From: an uncultured delta proteobacterium
GTDB lineage: Bacteria > Myxococcota > Myxococcia > Myxococcales > Anaeromyxobacteraceae
Assembly: GCA_963828255.1 (NCBI GenBank)
Contig: CAWHDZ010000040.1
Span: 64,001-128,000, forward strand
Length of the DNA stretch: 64,000 nucleotides
Direction: 5' to 3'
In this document: piece after piece, positions 39,101 through 48,910 of the stretch
Layout: each line of letters opens with the position of its first letter
How positions within the stretch are numbered: the stretch's first letter is position 1
Notes under the pieces: generated by a model
The model's database searches: none
Told to the model about the DNA's origin: nothing
Seen by the model: the letters and a program-made list of their open reading frames with translations, nothing else
Made by a program: the position numbers and the translations under genes

Positions 39101-40339
39101 TCAACCATCGGTTGAGGGTTTGGCAGGTGTCCTCAGGGCGAGCGCGGCAGTACCTACTATCCCTGTCAGGACTGCGATTGCTGCCGAGACGCCCAATTGT
39201 TGATGGGCCAGGAGCCAGAAGAAAGCGTTGCGTCCCACCACCTCGTAGTCGAGCCGCTGGACGAGGAATACTCCCAAGAGGACGAGTCGCTGGATGGTGC
39301 GGGACGGGCTGGGGTGTGGGGTGCGCGCCCCGACGAGGAGCAGGTGAAGCGCGGGCATCGTACCGATCAGGCCGGTGCGCCATCCGAGGGGGGAGAGAAA
39401 CGATGACAGCCAGAGCGCCAGCGCGATGGCCACGAGGCGCCCCCGTGCAGGATCGCGCTTCCAGACCACCGCCGCGGCGACGGAGCCGACGAACGCCGAC
39501 CCGCCGCCGAGCAGCGCAACCGAGGCGGTATAGGCAGGGCCGGGCGGTGTCGCGAGATAGGTGCACGCGATGGCCCATGCGCTTTGGTTCTCCCGGCCGC
39601 AGAGGGCAACGGTGCTCGCGCCTTCCAGGTGGCGGAACCAGGCCAGATCGAGCGTCAACGTTCCGTCCCAGCCGTAGAAGATGATCGGTGCGAGCAGGCC
39701 GAGCACCGCGAAGACGAAGAACCAACCGATGCGAGACCACTGCCGGGCGAACAGTGCCGGCGCGCCCAGGATCAGGAAGGGTGGTTTCGTGAGCGCAGCC
39801 ACCGCCCAGGATGCTCCCGACAGTGCGGGGCGCCGCTCCGCGAGGTCCTCGCTTCGTGCGGCGAGCCAGAGAAGGATCGCCTCGGTCTGGCCAAGCCTCA
39901 GGCAATGGACCGTGAACGGAAGGACCACCGCAAAGACGGCAAGTTGCGAGGTGAATGGTGGGTCCCGTCCGAACCGGCGCGCCGACCATGTGAAGAAGGA
40001 GGCGAGCGCCAGGGCCGAGACGACGTTCCAGACGAGCCCCGCGGCGGGACGCGGGAGGGCTCCCACCGGAGCGATCAAGATGGCAAACGTCGGGGCGTAC
40101 CGATACGGCGTGAACGGGGGGTAGTCGGCGTAGAGCGGCTTCGCGGCAATCGCGTTCTTCGCCGCCAGGTAGAACACGTCGAAGTCCCCGCTCTTCCGGG
40201 TCTCCACCCACCAGCTCTGCACTCCGAGTAGCAGGTAGAGGACGAGAAAGATTCGCGGCGCCGTGGGTGTCAGGCGCGAATCGATACGACGAAGCAGGGA
40301 ATCGCCCGTCTTCATGGAAGCGATATTATCCATTCCCAT
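39101..40339 (-). CDS. Glycosyltransferase family 87 (DUF2029) membrane protein (start uncertain)
   Basis: GDFDVFY.AA, YRYAPTFA, LGQT, LTKP, ENQS, LSPLGW. Confidence 0.82.
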   Translation of the reverse strand: MGMDNIASMKTGDSLLRRIDSRLTPTAPRIFLVLYLLLGVQSWWVETRKSGDFDVFYLAAKNAIAAKPLYADYPPFTPYRYAPTFAILIAPVGALPRPAAGLVWNVVSALALASFFTWSARRFGRDPPFTSQLAVFAVVLPFTVHCLRLGQTEAILLWLAARSEDLAERRPALSGASWAVAALTKPPFLILGAPALFARQWSRIGWFFVFAVLGLLAPIIFYGWDGTLTLDLAWFRHLEGASTVALCGRENQSAWAIACTYLATPPGPAYTASVALLGGGSAFVGSVAAAVVWKRDPARGRLVAIALALWLSSFLSPLGWRTGLIGTMPALHLLLVGARTPHPSPSRTIQRLVLLGVFLVQRLDYEVVGRNAFFWLLAHQQLGVSAAIAVLTGIVGTAALALRTPAKPSTDG

Positions 40340-40537
40340 TGGCGGCTGTCGCCGCGGTTCAGGATGTCGGTTGACAGCCTTCTCCGATTCAACGGCCAAG
40401 AACGAGGTGCAGGTCCCGGCGCCCCGTCCCATCTCCCACGTCTTCGGGTTCGTCGGCAAGCGGCCGACGCTGGTGTCGCGAGGTCGGCCAACCAGGTGTC
40501 GAGGTCGAGGGCCGGTGATGACCGGTAGACCGTCCGC

Positions 40538-40602
40538 CAAATCCTGGCCCCGCAACCAGTGAAACCAGAGGCCTCGTCAGTGCTTACCGGCGGGGCCTTT
40601 GT
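40538..40602 (+). repeat. att site: 21-bp tRNA 3' end plus terminator copy
   Basis: 65 bp matching 25139-25203 with 2 mismatches. Confidence 0.92.
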
Positions 40603-40630
40603 TCGAGCCCGGTGGCGGCTGGCGTCGACA

Positions 40631-41545
40631 TCACGCAGGGAACACCGTGGACCAGTCGCGGGCCATCGAGATCACCGTCCAACCGAGGCGGCCGGCGACG
40701 GTGGTGATCGGCTCGTTCTCCTTCAGGGTGCTCGACACGCTCTCATAGGCGAACTCACGCTCGCGGTCGTCGTGGTGGAGCAGGAGCGCCAGGCCAGGTC
40801 CGTCGCCGGCAAGCGCCCACTCCAGCATCTCCCGGTCACCGGCCGAGTTGCCGGCCGCCAGGATCGGCCGTCGCCCGAGCTGGGACTGGATGTTGGCCAC
40901 CTTCGCCTCTCCTTCGTTGGCGCCGCCGATCACATCACCGGTTCGCAAGAGCACGGGCCGCCCGTCGGTTCGGCGGGTCAGCTCGTAGCGGACCTGGGTA
41001 CCCACGACGGTCTCCGGCGGAACGCCGTACAGTTCGGCGCTGATCGCTCGCAGGAACTCGGTACCCCCGCCGGACACCAGGTAGACGGTGAAGTCACGCC
41101 GCCGGAGCTCGTCGAGCAGCTCCAGCATGGGCTGGTACCTCGTACCCGGGGCCGGCACGCCGAGGGTGCGGTGGCGAGCCCGCGCCATGAACTCGCGCGC
41201 CGCGGCCGTGAAGACCTCTGGCTCGATGCCCGCGAACAGCTCGACGAGCGCGAGGGCCACGCGCTCCAGGCCGAGCTCGCCGATGGCGGCCATGTCGAGG
41301 TTGAGCACCGCGGCCAGCTCCGGTCGCTCGCGCAGCGCCGGGTCGGCCTCGGCCCGGCGGCGCAGGGCATCCTCGAAGAAGTCGAACTGCACGTAGGTGG
41401 GCTTCTCGCACCACAACGTGCCGTCGTTGTCGAAGGCGGCCACCCTGGCCTCGACGGGGAGGGCCTCTGCGGCGGCCAGGAAGGCCACGAGGGCGTCGCG
41501 GGTCCGGCCAGGGCGCCACGAGGGCAGCAGGGCGGGCAAGGTCAT
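40631..41545 (-). CDS. HAD-family phosphatase, paralog of 31649-32716 without signal peptide
   Basis: LPSW, FDNDGTLWCEKP, VSGGG, AGNSAGD, HDDREREFAY. Confidence 0.9.
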   Translation of the reverse strand: MTLPALLPSWRPGRTRDALVAFLAAAEALPVEARVAAFDNDGTLWCEKPTYVQFDFFEDALRRRAEADPALRERPELAAVLNLDMAAIGELGLERVALALVELFAGIEPEVFTAAAREFMARARHRTLGVPAPGTRYQPMLELLDELRRRDFTVYLVSGGGTEFLRAISAELYGVPPETVVGTQVRYELTRRTDGRPVLLRTGDVIGGANEGEAKVANIQSQLGRRPILAAGNSAGDREMLEWALAGDGPGLALLLHHDDREREFAYESVSSTLKENEPITTVAGRLGWTVISMARDWSTVFPA

Positions 41546-41862
41546 GGCGTGGGCTCCTCGTACCGCGGGCCGGGGCTGGGAGTGATTCGAGCCGCGGATT
41601 GTAGCTCGTTTGGCGGGATGACCATCAGTCTCGGCGTGCGGGAGGGACCGCAGTGGATGGCGGAGTGTGGATGCCCACTGGAAAATCATGTCTACAGCCG
41701 GCTAGCCCCACTCGCCCCCGACGACAATGGCAGGCATCTTCGTGATTTCGCATCCCCAACGTGTTTGGCAAAGCCCCGATCTTGAAATGGGCGCCAGTTC
41801 ACGCAACTCTCGTTCGAACCAGCCCGGGCATCCGGTGGATCCCGGAAGAATGGAGAAGACGC

Positions 41863-42495
41863 GTGAGCCTGATCGCGATCAACGTACTCCTGGATCCAGA
41901 TGCTGCCACGGTCGAGAAGGCACGGGCGGTGAACGCTCGGCTGCGAGAGAGCTATCCGGACGGCTTCGCCCTCGATGCCAACCACGCGCCGCACATCACC
42001 CTCCTCCAGCGGTTCGTGCGAACGGCGGACGTCGACCTGGTCGCGAAGGCCGTGGCCGAAGTGCTGCGAACGGTGCCCTCGATGAGGTGGGAAAGCAGGG
42101 CGACCGGCTACTATGACCTGGCCTACAAGAATCTCGGTTTGGTGGGAATCGTCATCGAACCGACCGAGGACCTGCGTCGACTTCAGCAAAGGATCATCGA
42201 CGTCGTCGCCCCGCTTGCTGCAGAGAAGGGGACGGCCGAGGCCTTTGCCCCCCGTCTCGACGGAGGGTCGATCAGCCAGCCGACGGTGGACTACGTGAAC
42301 GGCTTCGTCGGACCCCGCACCGGCACGAACTACAACCCACATCTGACCGTCGGGATTGGTACCCGCGATTTCGTGGACGCGTTGAAAGCTGAGCCGTTCG
42401 AACCGTTCACCTTCCGGGCAGCGTCCGTGAGCCTCTATCAACTGGGTGACTTCGGTGTCGCCCAGAGGAAGCTCCACGACTTGCACCGCTGCTGA
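41863..42495 (+). CDS. 2H phosphoesterase (2'-5' RNA ligase-like)
   Basis: Two HxT motifs: PHITLL and PHLTVG; SD GGAG before GTG. Confidence 0.8.
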   Translation: MSLIAINVLLDPDAATVEKARAVNARLRESYPDGFALDANHAPHITLLQRFVRTADVDLVAKAVAEVLRTVPSMRWESRATGYYDLAYKNLGLVGIVIEPTEDLRRLQQRIIDVVAPLAAEKGTAEAFAPRLDGGSISQPTVDYVNGFVGPRTGTNYNPHLTVGIGTRDFVDALKAEPFEPFTFRAASVSLYQLGDFGVAQRKLHDLHRC

Positions 42496-42514
42496 ACGGT
42501 GCCTCGTGCACCGA

Positions 42515-42745
42515 GGTGGGGTTCGGTGTCGCGAGCGCCACCACGACCGTCCTCACCTCGCGTGGCGCCGTGCCTTCCGGGCCACGGCCTCACCCACTCT
42601 CTCGCCCCCGGCGTCGTCGGCGCTCCGGCCCGGGGGCAGCCTGCCGGAGGAACTCCGACGTGCTCTTGCCCTCCAGGCGGGCGGCCTTGCGCACGAGATC
42701 TCGCAGCGCTCTGGTGGTCCGGTAGGTCTCGACGGTCCTGGTCAT
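42515..42745 (-). pseudogene. Decayed DUF1778-like antitoxin plus PIN toxin stub
   Basis: MTRTVETYRTTRALRDLVRKAARLEGKSTSEFLRQAA homologous to 38230-38493 with a 71-bp deletion; PIN start lacks LDSSV and is truncated. Confidence 0.85.
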
Positions 42746-42785
42746 GGAGGGTTCCGCGCGAATGGTCGCGGCAGACGGGCAGTCC

Positions 42786-43139
42786 TCACGCGCCAGTGGG
42801 GAGGCGAACGCGGAGGCGCCCGGCCTCGGCCGTGACGATTGCGCCCGTGGCGAGATCGGCGCCGTGCAATTGCAGAACATGCAGTGTCACGTCGGCTTGC
42901 CGAACCGCGGAAAGCCCGACCAGCCGGACGATGCCCGCATGCGGCAGCTCGCACACCACGGCGAGCTCCCCGAAGTCCTTGTCGAGCGTGACCAGGACGC
43001 GGCCCTCGGCCAGGGCCCGGGCGAGGATCTCCTCGTCTCCCGGGTCGGCCGGCCACTCGCCGGACCAGACCACGTCGTGGCCTGCCGCCCGAAGGCGGGG
43101 AAGCCCCCCCCAGACACAGGAGTCGAGGAGGAGCTTCAC
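42786..43139 (-). CDS. DUF5615 family PIN-like toxin
   Basis: VKLLLDSC, AAGHDV, DEEILARA..EGRVLVTLDKDFGEL, HAGIVRL. Confidence 0.9.
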   Translation of the reverse strand: MKLLLDSCVWGGLPRLRAAGHDVVWSGEWPADPGDEEILARALAEGRVLVTLDKDFGELAVVCELPHAGIVRLVGLSAVRQADVTLHVLQLHGADLATGAIVTAEAGRLRVRLPTGA

Positions 43140-43387
43140 GTCCCGGTCGGAACGAGGAGGGGCTCGATGCGCTCGTGCCCGACCACGCGCCGGGCGTAGG
43201 CGAGGCAGGCGAGGACGTCCTCGCGCTCCATCCACGGATAGCCCGACACCACCGTCTCGATGTTGTCGCCGGCGGCGAGCATGCCCAGGACGTGCTCGAC
43301 CGCGAGCCGGTGGCCGCGAACGATCGGCTTCCCGCCGAAGATCTGGGGGTTGTAGGTGATGCGCTCGAGCAGGGCCTTCTCGTCCAT
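43136..43387 (-). CDS. DUF433 antitoxin (copy 2)
   Basis: MDEKALLERITYNPQIFGGKPIVRGHRL; near-identical to copy 1. Confidence 0.92.
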   Translation of the reverse strand: MDEKALLERITYNPQIFGGKPIVRGHRLAVEHVLGMLAAGDNIETVVSGYPWMEREDVLACLAYARRVVGHERIEPLLVPTGT

Positions 43388-43681
43388 GGTGGACCTCGAT
43401 GGGAGTATATCCCGGTCGGGCGAACGGAGCATGGGGGTCGCCGTGGGTGCACTTGCCGGCGTAGGCTTCCCGGATGGCGCCCAACGAAGACGCGGCCAGC
43501 TTCACGAGCCACTGCGAACTCTGCCGCGAGAAGGACCTCGACATGCAATCGAGACGGCCATCAAGGACAGCGCAGTCCAGAGCCAGCGAGACGTCAAGTC
43601 CAGTCCCTTCGTTCGGCTGGACACCGTCGTGGCGGCCAGTCTCTCCAGGTGGAGAAGGGGTGGGGCCTCCCTGGTTCCTCG

Positions 43682-44596
43682 CTACGCCCCCTGCACCCAG
43701 ACCCGGTTTCGCCCGTCCGCCTTGGCGCGGTACAGCGCGCTGTCGGCCTGCCGGAGGAGATCCTCGAAGTCCACGGGGGGCGTGACCGGCAGGGCGCAGA
43801 CCACTCCCAGGCTGGCGCGAAGGTCCACGCTCGCGCCTCCTCCGAGATCCAGGCGCATGGCCTCCGTGGACTTCCGGATCCGCTCGGCCACGATCGCCGA
43901 TTGCTCCAGGGACGTGCTCGGGAGCAGGATCAGGAACTCCTCTCCGCCCCAGCGGCCCGTGAAGTCGTAGTCCCGCTTGTTCCGCTGGAGCACCTCCGCG
44001 ACCCGCCGCAGGGCCTCGTCGCCGGCGGCGTGGCCGTACTGGTCGTTGATGCGCTTGAAGTGGTCGAGGTCCATCAGGATGAGCCCCACGGTCGTCCGGG
44101 CCCGCGCCGCGCGGCTCAGCTCGATGCGCGCGTGGTCGGAGAGCGCCCGGCGGTTGGGGAGGCCGGTCAGGCTGTCCCGGGTCGCCAGCGCCTCCTCGCG
44201 GGCCAGCGACTCGTTGAGCCGCCCCTCCAGCGCCAAGATCCGGGCGCCCACCCCCATCCGCGCCAGCAGTTCGTCGAGGCTGAAGGGCTTGGTCACGTAG
44301 TCGTCTGCTCCCGTCTGGAGCCCGGCCACGACGTCCTCCCGCCCCGACCTCGCGGTGAGGAAGATGATGTAGGTGTACCCGGGCCACCCGGCGTCGCGGA
44401 TGCGGCGGATGAGCTCGGGGCCGTCCACCTCCGGCATCACCCAGTCCACGATGACCATCCGGATGTCCTCCCGCTGGAGCAGTTCCCACGCCTCCCGGCC
44501 GTCGGACGCGAAGACGAGCTCGTACCCCGCCACGCCCAGCTGACCCTGGAGCATCTGCCGGAGCAGCGCGTCGTCCTCGGCGATCAGGACCTTCAT
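43682..44596 (-). CDS. Response-regulator diguanylate cyclase (REC-GGDEF)
   Basis: IAEDD/DWVMP/KPF receiver; DSLTGLPNR, DLDHFK, RDYD I-site, RWGGEEF. Confidence 0.95.
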   Translation of the reverse strand: MKVLIAEDDALLRQMLQGQLGVAGYELVFASDGREAWELLQREDIRMVIVDWVMPEVDGPELIRRIRDAGWPGYTYIIFLTARSGREDVVAGLQTGADDYVTKPFSLDELLARMGVGARILALEGRLNESLAREEALATRDSLTGLPNRRALSDHARIELSRAARARTTVGLILMDLDHFKRINDQYGHAAGDEALRRVAEVLQRNKRDYDFTGRWGGEEFLILLPSTSLEQSAIVAERIRKSTEAMRLDLGGGASVDLRASLGVVCALPVTPPVDFEDLLRQADSALYRAKADGRNRVWVQGA

Positions 44597-44653
44597 CGTT
44601 CACCCCCCGTGCCGAGTCTAGGCCGTGCCGGGGAGCGTCTCAACATTGCGTCC

Positions 44654-44905
44654 GTGGCTCCCGTGGAGCCGAAGGGCGCCAGGAAGATCGCCCCGCGGGC
44701 GCCCGTCGCCATTCCGCCCGTTCCCCCTCCGGCCGCTCCCGCTCCGCCATCCTTCCCCGCTTCGCCGTCGAGGTCCGCCGGGCTCGCCTTTCCGGTCGTC
44801 GGGATCGGCGCATCGGCGGGCGGCCTCGAGGCCTTCGAGGAGTTCTTCCGCAAGGTCCCGGCCGACATCGGCATGGCCTTCGTGCTGGTCTCGCACCTCG
44901 ACCCG
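44654..44905 (+). pseudogene. cheB: Truncated CheB methylesterase N-terminus
   Basis: FPVVGIGASAGGLEAFEEFF..VPADIGMAFVLVSHLDP, then homology lost. Confidence 0.8.
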
Positions 44906-45059
44906 GCGAGGCGCACGAGATCGACAAGCCGCGCTCGGCGGTGCTGGCCGAACAGGGCCAGGCCATCGGCCTGAGGAGCCCCAGTTGAGCCGTCCCTCCG
45001 GGATGTAGGCAGATGTAGGATCGGCAGGGACACGCTGACGGCCTGGGAGGCACGCGGCG

Positions 45060-46565
45060 ATGAAGTCGATGATCAACGACCGGGGAAGGCTGCGCGCGGC
45101 TGCCGAGGCGAGGCTCGCCCGCGGACCATCTGGGGCGCCTCCGCACCAGGACGCGTCCAGGCTCCTGTACGAGCTCCAGGTCCACCAGGTCGAGCTGGAC
45201 ATCCAGAACGAGGACCTTTGCAGGGCCCAGGTCGCCCAGGAGGAGGCGCACGCACGGCAGGTGGACCTCTACGACTTCGCTCCGGTCGGGTACCTCACCC
45301 TCGACGCGAAGGGACTCGTCGCCGAGGCGAACCTGACCGCTGCCGGAATGCTCAACGTGGACCGAGGGAGCCTGGTCGGCAAGGGCTTCGCCCCGTTCGT
45401 GGGGGGAGACTCCGCCACGTGGCGGCGCTTCCTCCACGAGGCCGCCCGCAGCAGCGATCCGGCAAGCCTGAACGTGCCGATCCAGCGAGGAGACGGGTCC
45501 GTCTTCGACGGCCACCTGGTCTGCCAGCACCGGGCCGAAGGCGCGGATGGCGGGTCGGTGCGCGTGGTGCTGTCCGACGTCTCCGAGCAGAGAAGCCTCG
45601 AGGAGAAGCTGGGAGAGAGCAGGAGGGCCCAGGAAGCGCTGGCGGTCTCCGAGGCGAAGTACCGGAGCCTCTTCGACTCCATGATGGACGGCGTGGTCGT
45701 GGTGGAGATGGCCGGGACCATCGTCGAGTCGAACGAGACCTTCCGGACGATGCTCGGGTACGGTGCAGACGAGCTTCGCGAGCTGACCTACACGCAGCTC
45801 ACCCCGGAGCCCTGGCACGCCATGGAAGCGCGGATCGTCGCCGAGCAGATCCTCCCCCGCGGCCACTCCGACGTCTACGAGAAGGAGTACCGGCGCAAGG
45901 ACGGGACGGTCTTCCCGGTCGAGCTCCGGACGTTCCTCCTCCGCGAGAACGGCCGGCCATCGGCGATGTGTGCCATCGTCCGGGACCTCACCGAGCGCAA
46001 GCGGGCCGAGCGGTCGCTGCGCGTCCAGGAGGCCCGGCTCGACCTCGCCGTGCGGTCCGGGAAGACGGGGCTCTGGGATCTCGATCTGGTCACGAACCAG
46101 ACCTGGCGCACGCGGCAGCACGACCGGCTGTTCGGCTTCGACGGCCTGCAGCCGGCGTGGGGACTGGAAGACGCCCTCCGCCACATGGTCCCGGAGGACC
46201 AGCCGGTCTTCCGGAAGGCGTTCGACGACGCCCTCGTCACCGGTCGCTTCCACTGCCAGTTCCGCATCGCGCCGGCGAACCATCCGCTCCGCTGGGTCGA
46301 GGCCAGCGGGGAGGTCCACCGGGACGGGTCCGGAGCGGCCGTCCGCATGATGGGAACCGTCGTCGACGTCACCGAGAGCAAGGCCTCCTAGGAGAAGCTC
46401 CGCGAGACCCTCGCATACGCCCGCAGCCTCCTCGAGGCGAGCCTCGATCCGCTCGTCGAGGACGGGGGCTCGCCATCTGCCATTCCATCGTGACGTCGCA
46501 AGCCGGGACCATCTCCGTCGAGAGCGAGGTGGGCAAGGGCTCGACGTTCCGGGTGGAGTTGCCGG
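45060..46565 (+). pseudogene. PAS-domain histidine kinase, disrupted
   Basis: ELQVHQVELDIQNEDL plus 3 PAS domains; TAG at 46389 followed by in-frame [22 protein letters not shown], then an out-of-frame HATPase tail GLAICHSIV...[14 protein letters not shown]. Confidence 0.8.
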
Positions 46566-46935
46566 CCGAGAGGACGAGCACGTCCCGGGCGCGGTAGGCG
46601 CGGATGTGGCGCAGGCTCTGGCGCACGGCGTCGGCGGTGCCCTGGAACCACTCCGGGCTGTCCTCGGTCTGCTCGGCGGCCAGGATGGTGACGAAGCCCT
46701 CGGAGAAGCCGTCGAACTTGTAGGTCCGGCTGATGTGCTTGTTCAGGCTCTGCGAGTTGTACTGGGTGAGGACGAAGATCCGGCGGAGCCCCACGTTGAG
46801 GCAGTTGCTGATGGGGATGTCGATGAGCCGGTACTTGCCGGCGATGGGCACGGCAGGCTTGGAGCGGTGCTGGGTCAGTGGAAAGAGGCGCGTCCCGCGC
46901 CCGCCGCCGAGGATCACCGCGATGCATTCGTCCAT
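46565..46935 (-). pseudogene. glgC: Truncated glucose-1-phosphate adenylyltransferase
   Basis: [41 protein letters not shown]; breaks at DVLVLS before the expected GD. Confidence 0.88.
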
Positions 46936-46994
46936 GCGTGGGTTATTCAGGCACGCGCCCCTGACTGTCAAGCGAGGGGGTATCATGCCGGGCC

Positions 46995-48800
46995 ATGTTT
47001 CCCACGTTCCCGTCCGCTCCGCGTGCCGCCGTCCTGGCCCTCCTGCTCCTGCCTTCGGCGGCGGCCGCCGCTCCAGGGGGCGCGGGGCCCTCCCCGACCC
47101 GCTTCGAGGTCACGCTCCCCGGCGGGCGGGGCGCCGGGCCCCTCGACGGACGGCTGCTCCTCTTCGTCTCCACGCTCCCGGCCGACGCGAAGCCGGAGCC
47201 GCGCTTCCAGGTGAACGAGCAGGACGGCACGCAGCAGGTGTTCGGGATCGACGTGGATGGATGGAAGCCCGGGACGACGCGGACGCTGGGGAAGGACGCG
47301 AACGGCTACCCCGTGCTCCGGGTCTCTGAGATCCCGCCCGGCGAGTACACCGTCCAGGCGCTCCTGCACGTCTACGAGACCTTCCGGCGCGGGGACGGAC
47401 ACGTGGTGAAGCTCCCTCCCGACCGGGGGGAGGGGCAGAGCCTGGCCCGTGCGCCGGGCAACCTGTACGCGCGCCCGCGCCGCGTGCAGATCGGCGCAGG
47501 CACGGTGAAGATCGTGCTCGACGAGGTCATTCCCCCGATCCCGAAGCCTGCCGATACACGGTACGTGAAGCACCTCGAGTTGCCGAACGAGCGGTTGAGC
47601 CGGTTCTGGGGCCGGCCGGTCTCCCTGGGCGCGGTGGTGGTCCTCCCCGAGGGGTGGCACGACCACCCGGAGCAGCGCTACCCGCTCGTCATCGCCCACG
47701 GCCACTTCCAGCCCACCTACGAGGAGATGCGCGAGGCGCCGCCGGATCCGTCGCTGCCGCCAGTCGATCTGGAGGGGCTGCGGGTGCACTGCCCGAACGG
47801 CCACGAGGGGGCGTGGTGCACCCGGTTCGGCTACGAGCGGCTGGTCCAGGAGCGGGCCCACGCCTTCTTCAAGATTTGGACCTCGCCGGGATTCCCGCGC
47901 GCCATCGTGCTCGTCATCCAGCACGCCAACCCCTACTACGACGACTCGTACGCGGTGAACTCGGAGAACCTGGGGCCGTACGGCGACGCCATCACCCTCG
48001 ACCTGGTGCCGGAGGTGGAGAGACGCTTCCGGGGGCTCGGCCCCTGGGCCCGCGCCCTTCACGGAGGGTCCACCGGAGGCTGGGAGGCGCTCGCCGCGCA
48101 GGTCCTCTACCCGGACTCCTACAACGGCGCCTGGGCCGCCTGCCCCGACCCCATCGACTTCCGCCACTACCTGACCATCGACCTGTACGCCGACGAGAAC
48201 GCCTTCCGGTCGAGCGGGCCGTGGCGCACCACGCCGCGCGCCGCCTCGCGCGACTACCTGGGGCGGGTGCGCAGCACGGTGGAGCAGGAGTCGCGCCTGG
48301 AACTGGCGCTGGGGACGCGCTCCCGGTCCGGCGGCCAGTGGGACGCCTGGGAGGCGGTCTTCTCGCCGGTGGGCAAGGACGGCTACCCGCGCCGCATCTT
48401 CGACAAGTCCACCGGGGTGGTGGACCGCGAGGTCGCGGCGAGCTGGAGGGAGCGGTACGATCTGGTCCACGTCATGCGGCGCGACTGGGCGACGCTGGGG
48501 CCGAAGCTGCGGGGCAAGATCCACCTCATGGTGGGGCTCTCCGACAACTTCTTCCTGAACGACGCGGTCTACCGGGCCGAGGAGTTCCTCACCACGGCGA
48601 GTCCACCGGCCGACGCCGAGGTTCTCTACGGCGCGCGCGACGAGCACTGCTGGAGCGGCGACGCGAGCACGTTCAACGCGGTGTCCCGGCTGTCGTACAC
48701 CGAGCGGTTCCTGCCGCGCATGGCCGAGTGGTGGGCGCGGACGGCGCCGCCGGGGACGGACGTGTCGGGGTGGAGGGGGGCGGGGGGGGCGGGGAGGTGA
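46995..48800 (+). CDS. Exported alpha/beta-hydrolase (putative esterase)
   Basis: Signal peptide; [14 protein letters not shown]; nucleophile elbow GGSTGG; DNF; EHCW. Confidence 0.75.
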   Translation: MFPTFPSAPRAAVLALLLLPSAAAAAPGGAGPSPTRFEVTLPGGRGAGPLDGRLLLFVSTLPADAKPEPRFQVNEQDGTQQVFGIDVDGWKPGTTRTLGKDANGYPVLRVSEIPPGEYTVQALLHVYETFRRGDGHVVKLPPDRGEGQSLARAPGNLYARPRRVQIGAGTVKIVLDEVIPPIPKPADTRYVKHLELPNERLSRFWGRPVSLGAVVVLPEGWHDHPEQRYPLVIAHGHFQPTYEEMREAPPDPSLPPVDLEGLRVHCPNGHEGAWCTRFGYERLVQERAHAFFKIWTSPGFPRAIVLVIQHANPYYDDSYAVNSENLGPYGDAITLDLVPEVERRFRGLGPWARALHGGSTGGWEALAAQVLYPDSYNGAWAACPDPIDFRHYLTIDLYADENAFRSSGPWRTTPRAASRDYLGRVRSTVEQESRLELALGTRSRSGGQWDAWEAVFSPVGKDGYPRRIFDKSTGVVDREVAASWRERYDLVHVMRRDWATLGPKLRGKIHLMVGLSDNFFLNDAVYRAEEFLTTASPPADAEVLYGARDEHCWSGDASTFNAVSRLSYTERFLPRMAEWWARTAPPGTDVSGWRGAGGAGR

Positions 48801-48883
48801 GCGCCTGTGGTCGTCCTACCGGTTGGACGCATCTGACCCACCCCGAAGGCGGTACGCGGGGAGTCCGGTTGGTCGCGAGATCT

Positions 48884-48908
48884 GCGCCGTCTACTGCGTA
48901 GACGGCGC
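48884..48908. terminator. Perfect hairpin between convergent genes
   Basis: GCGCCGTCTAC-TGC-GTAGACGGCGC. Confidence 0.5.
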
Positions 48909-48910
48909 TG

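Noticed and set aside
41590..41625. tRNA-like 5' sequence GCGGATTGTAGCTCG
   Set aside because: No D-stem closure, anticodon arm or T-loop follows
46389..46391. TAG read-through (pyrrolysine) in the PAS kinase
   Set aside because: The frame is broken by a deletion ~22 codons later and no pyl genes are seen; a plain nonsense mutation is simpler
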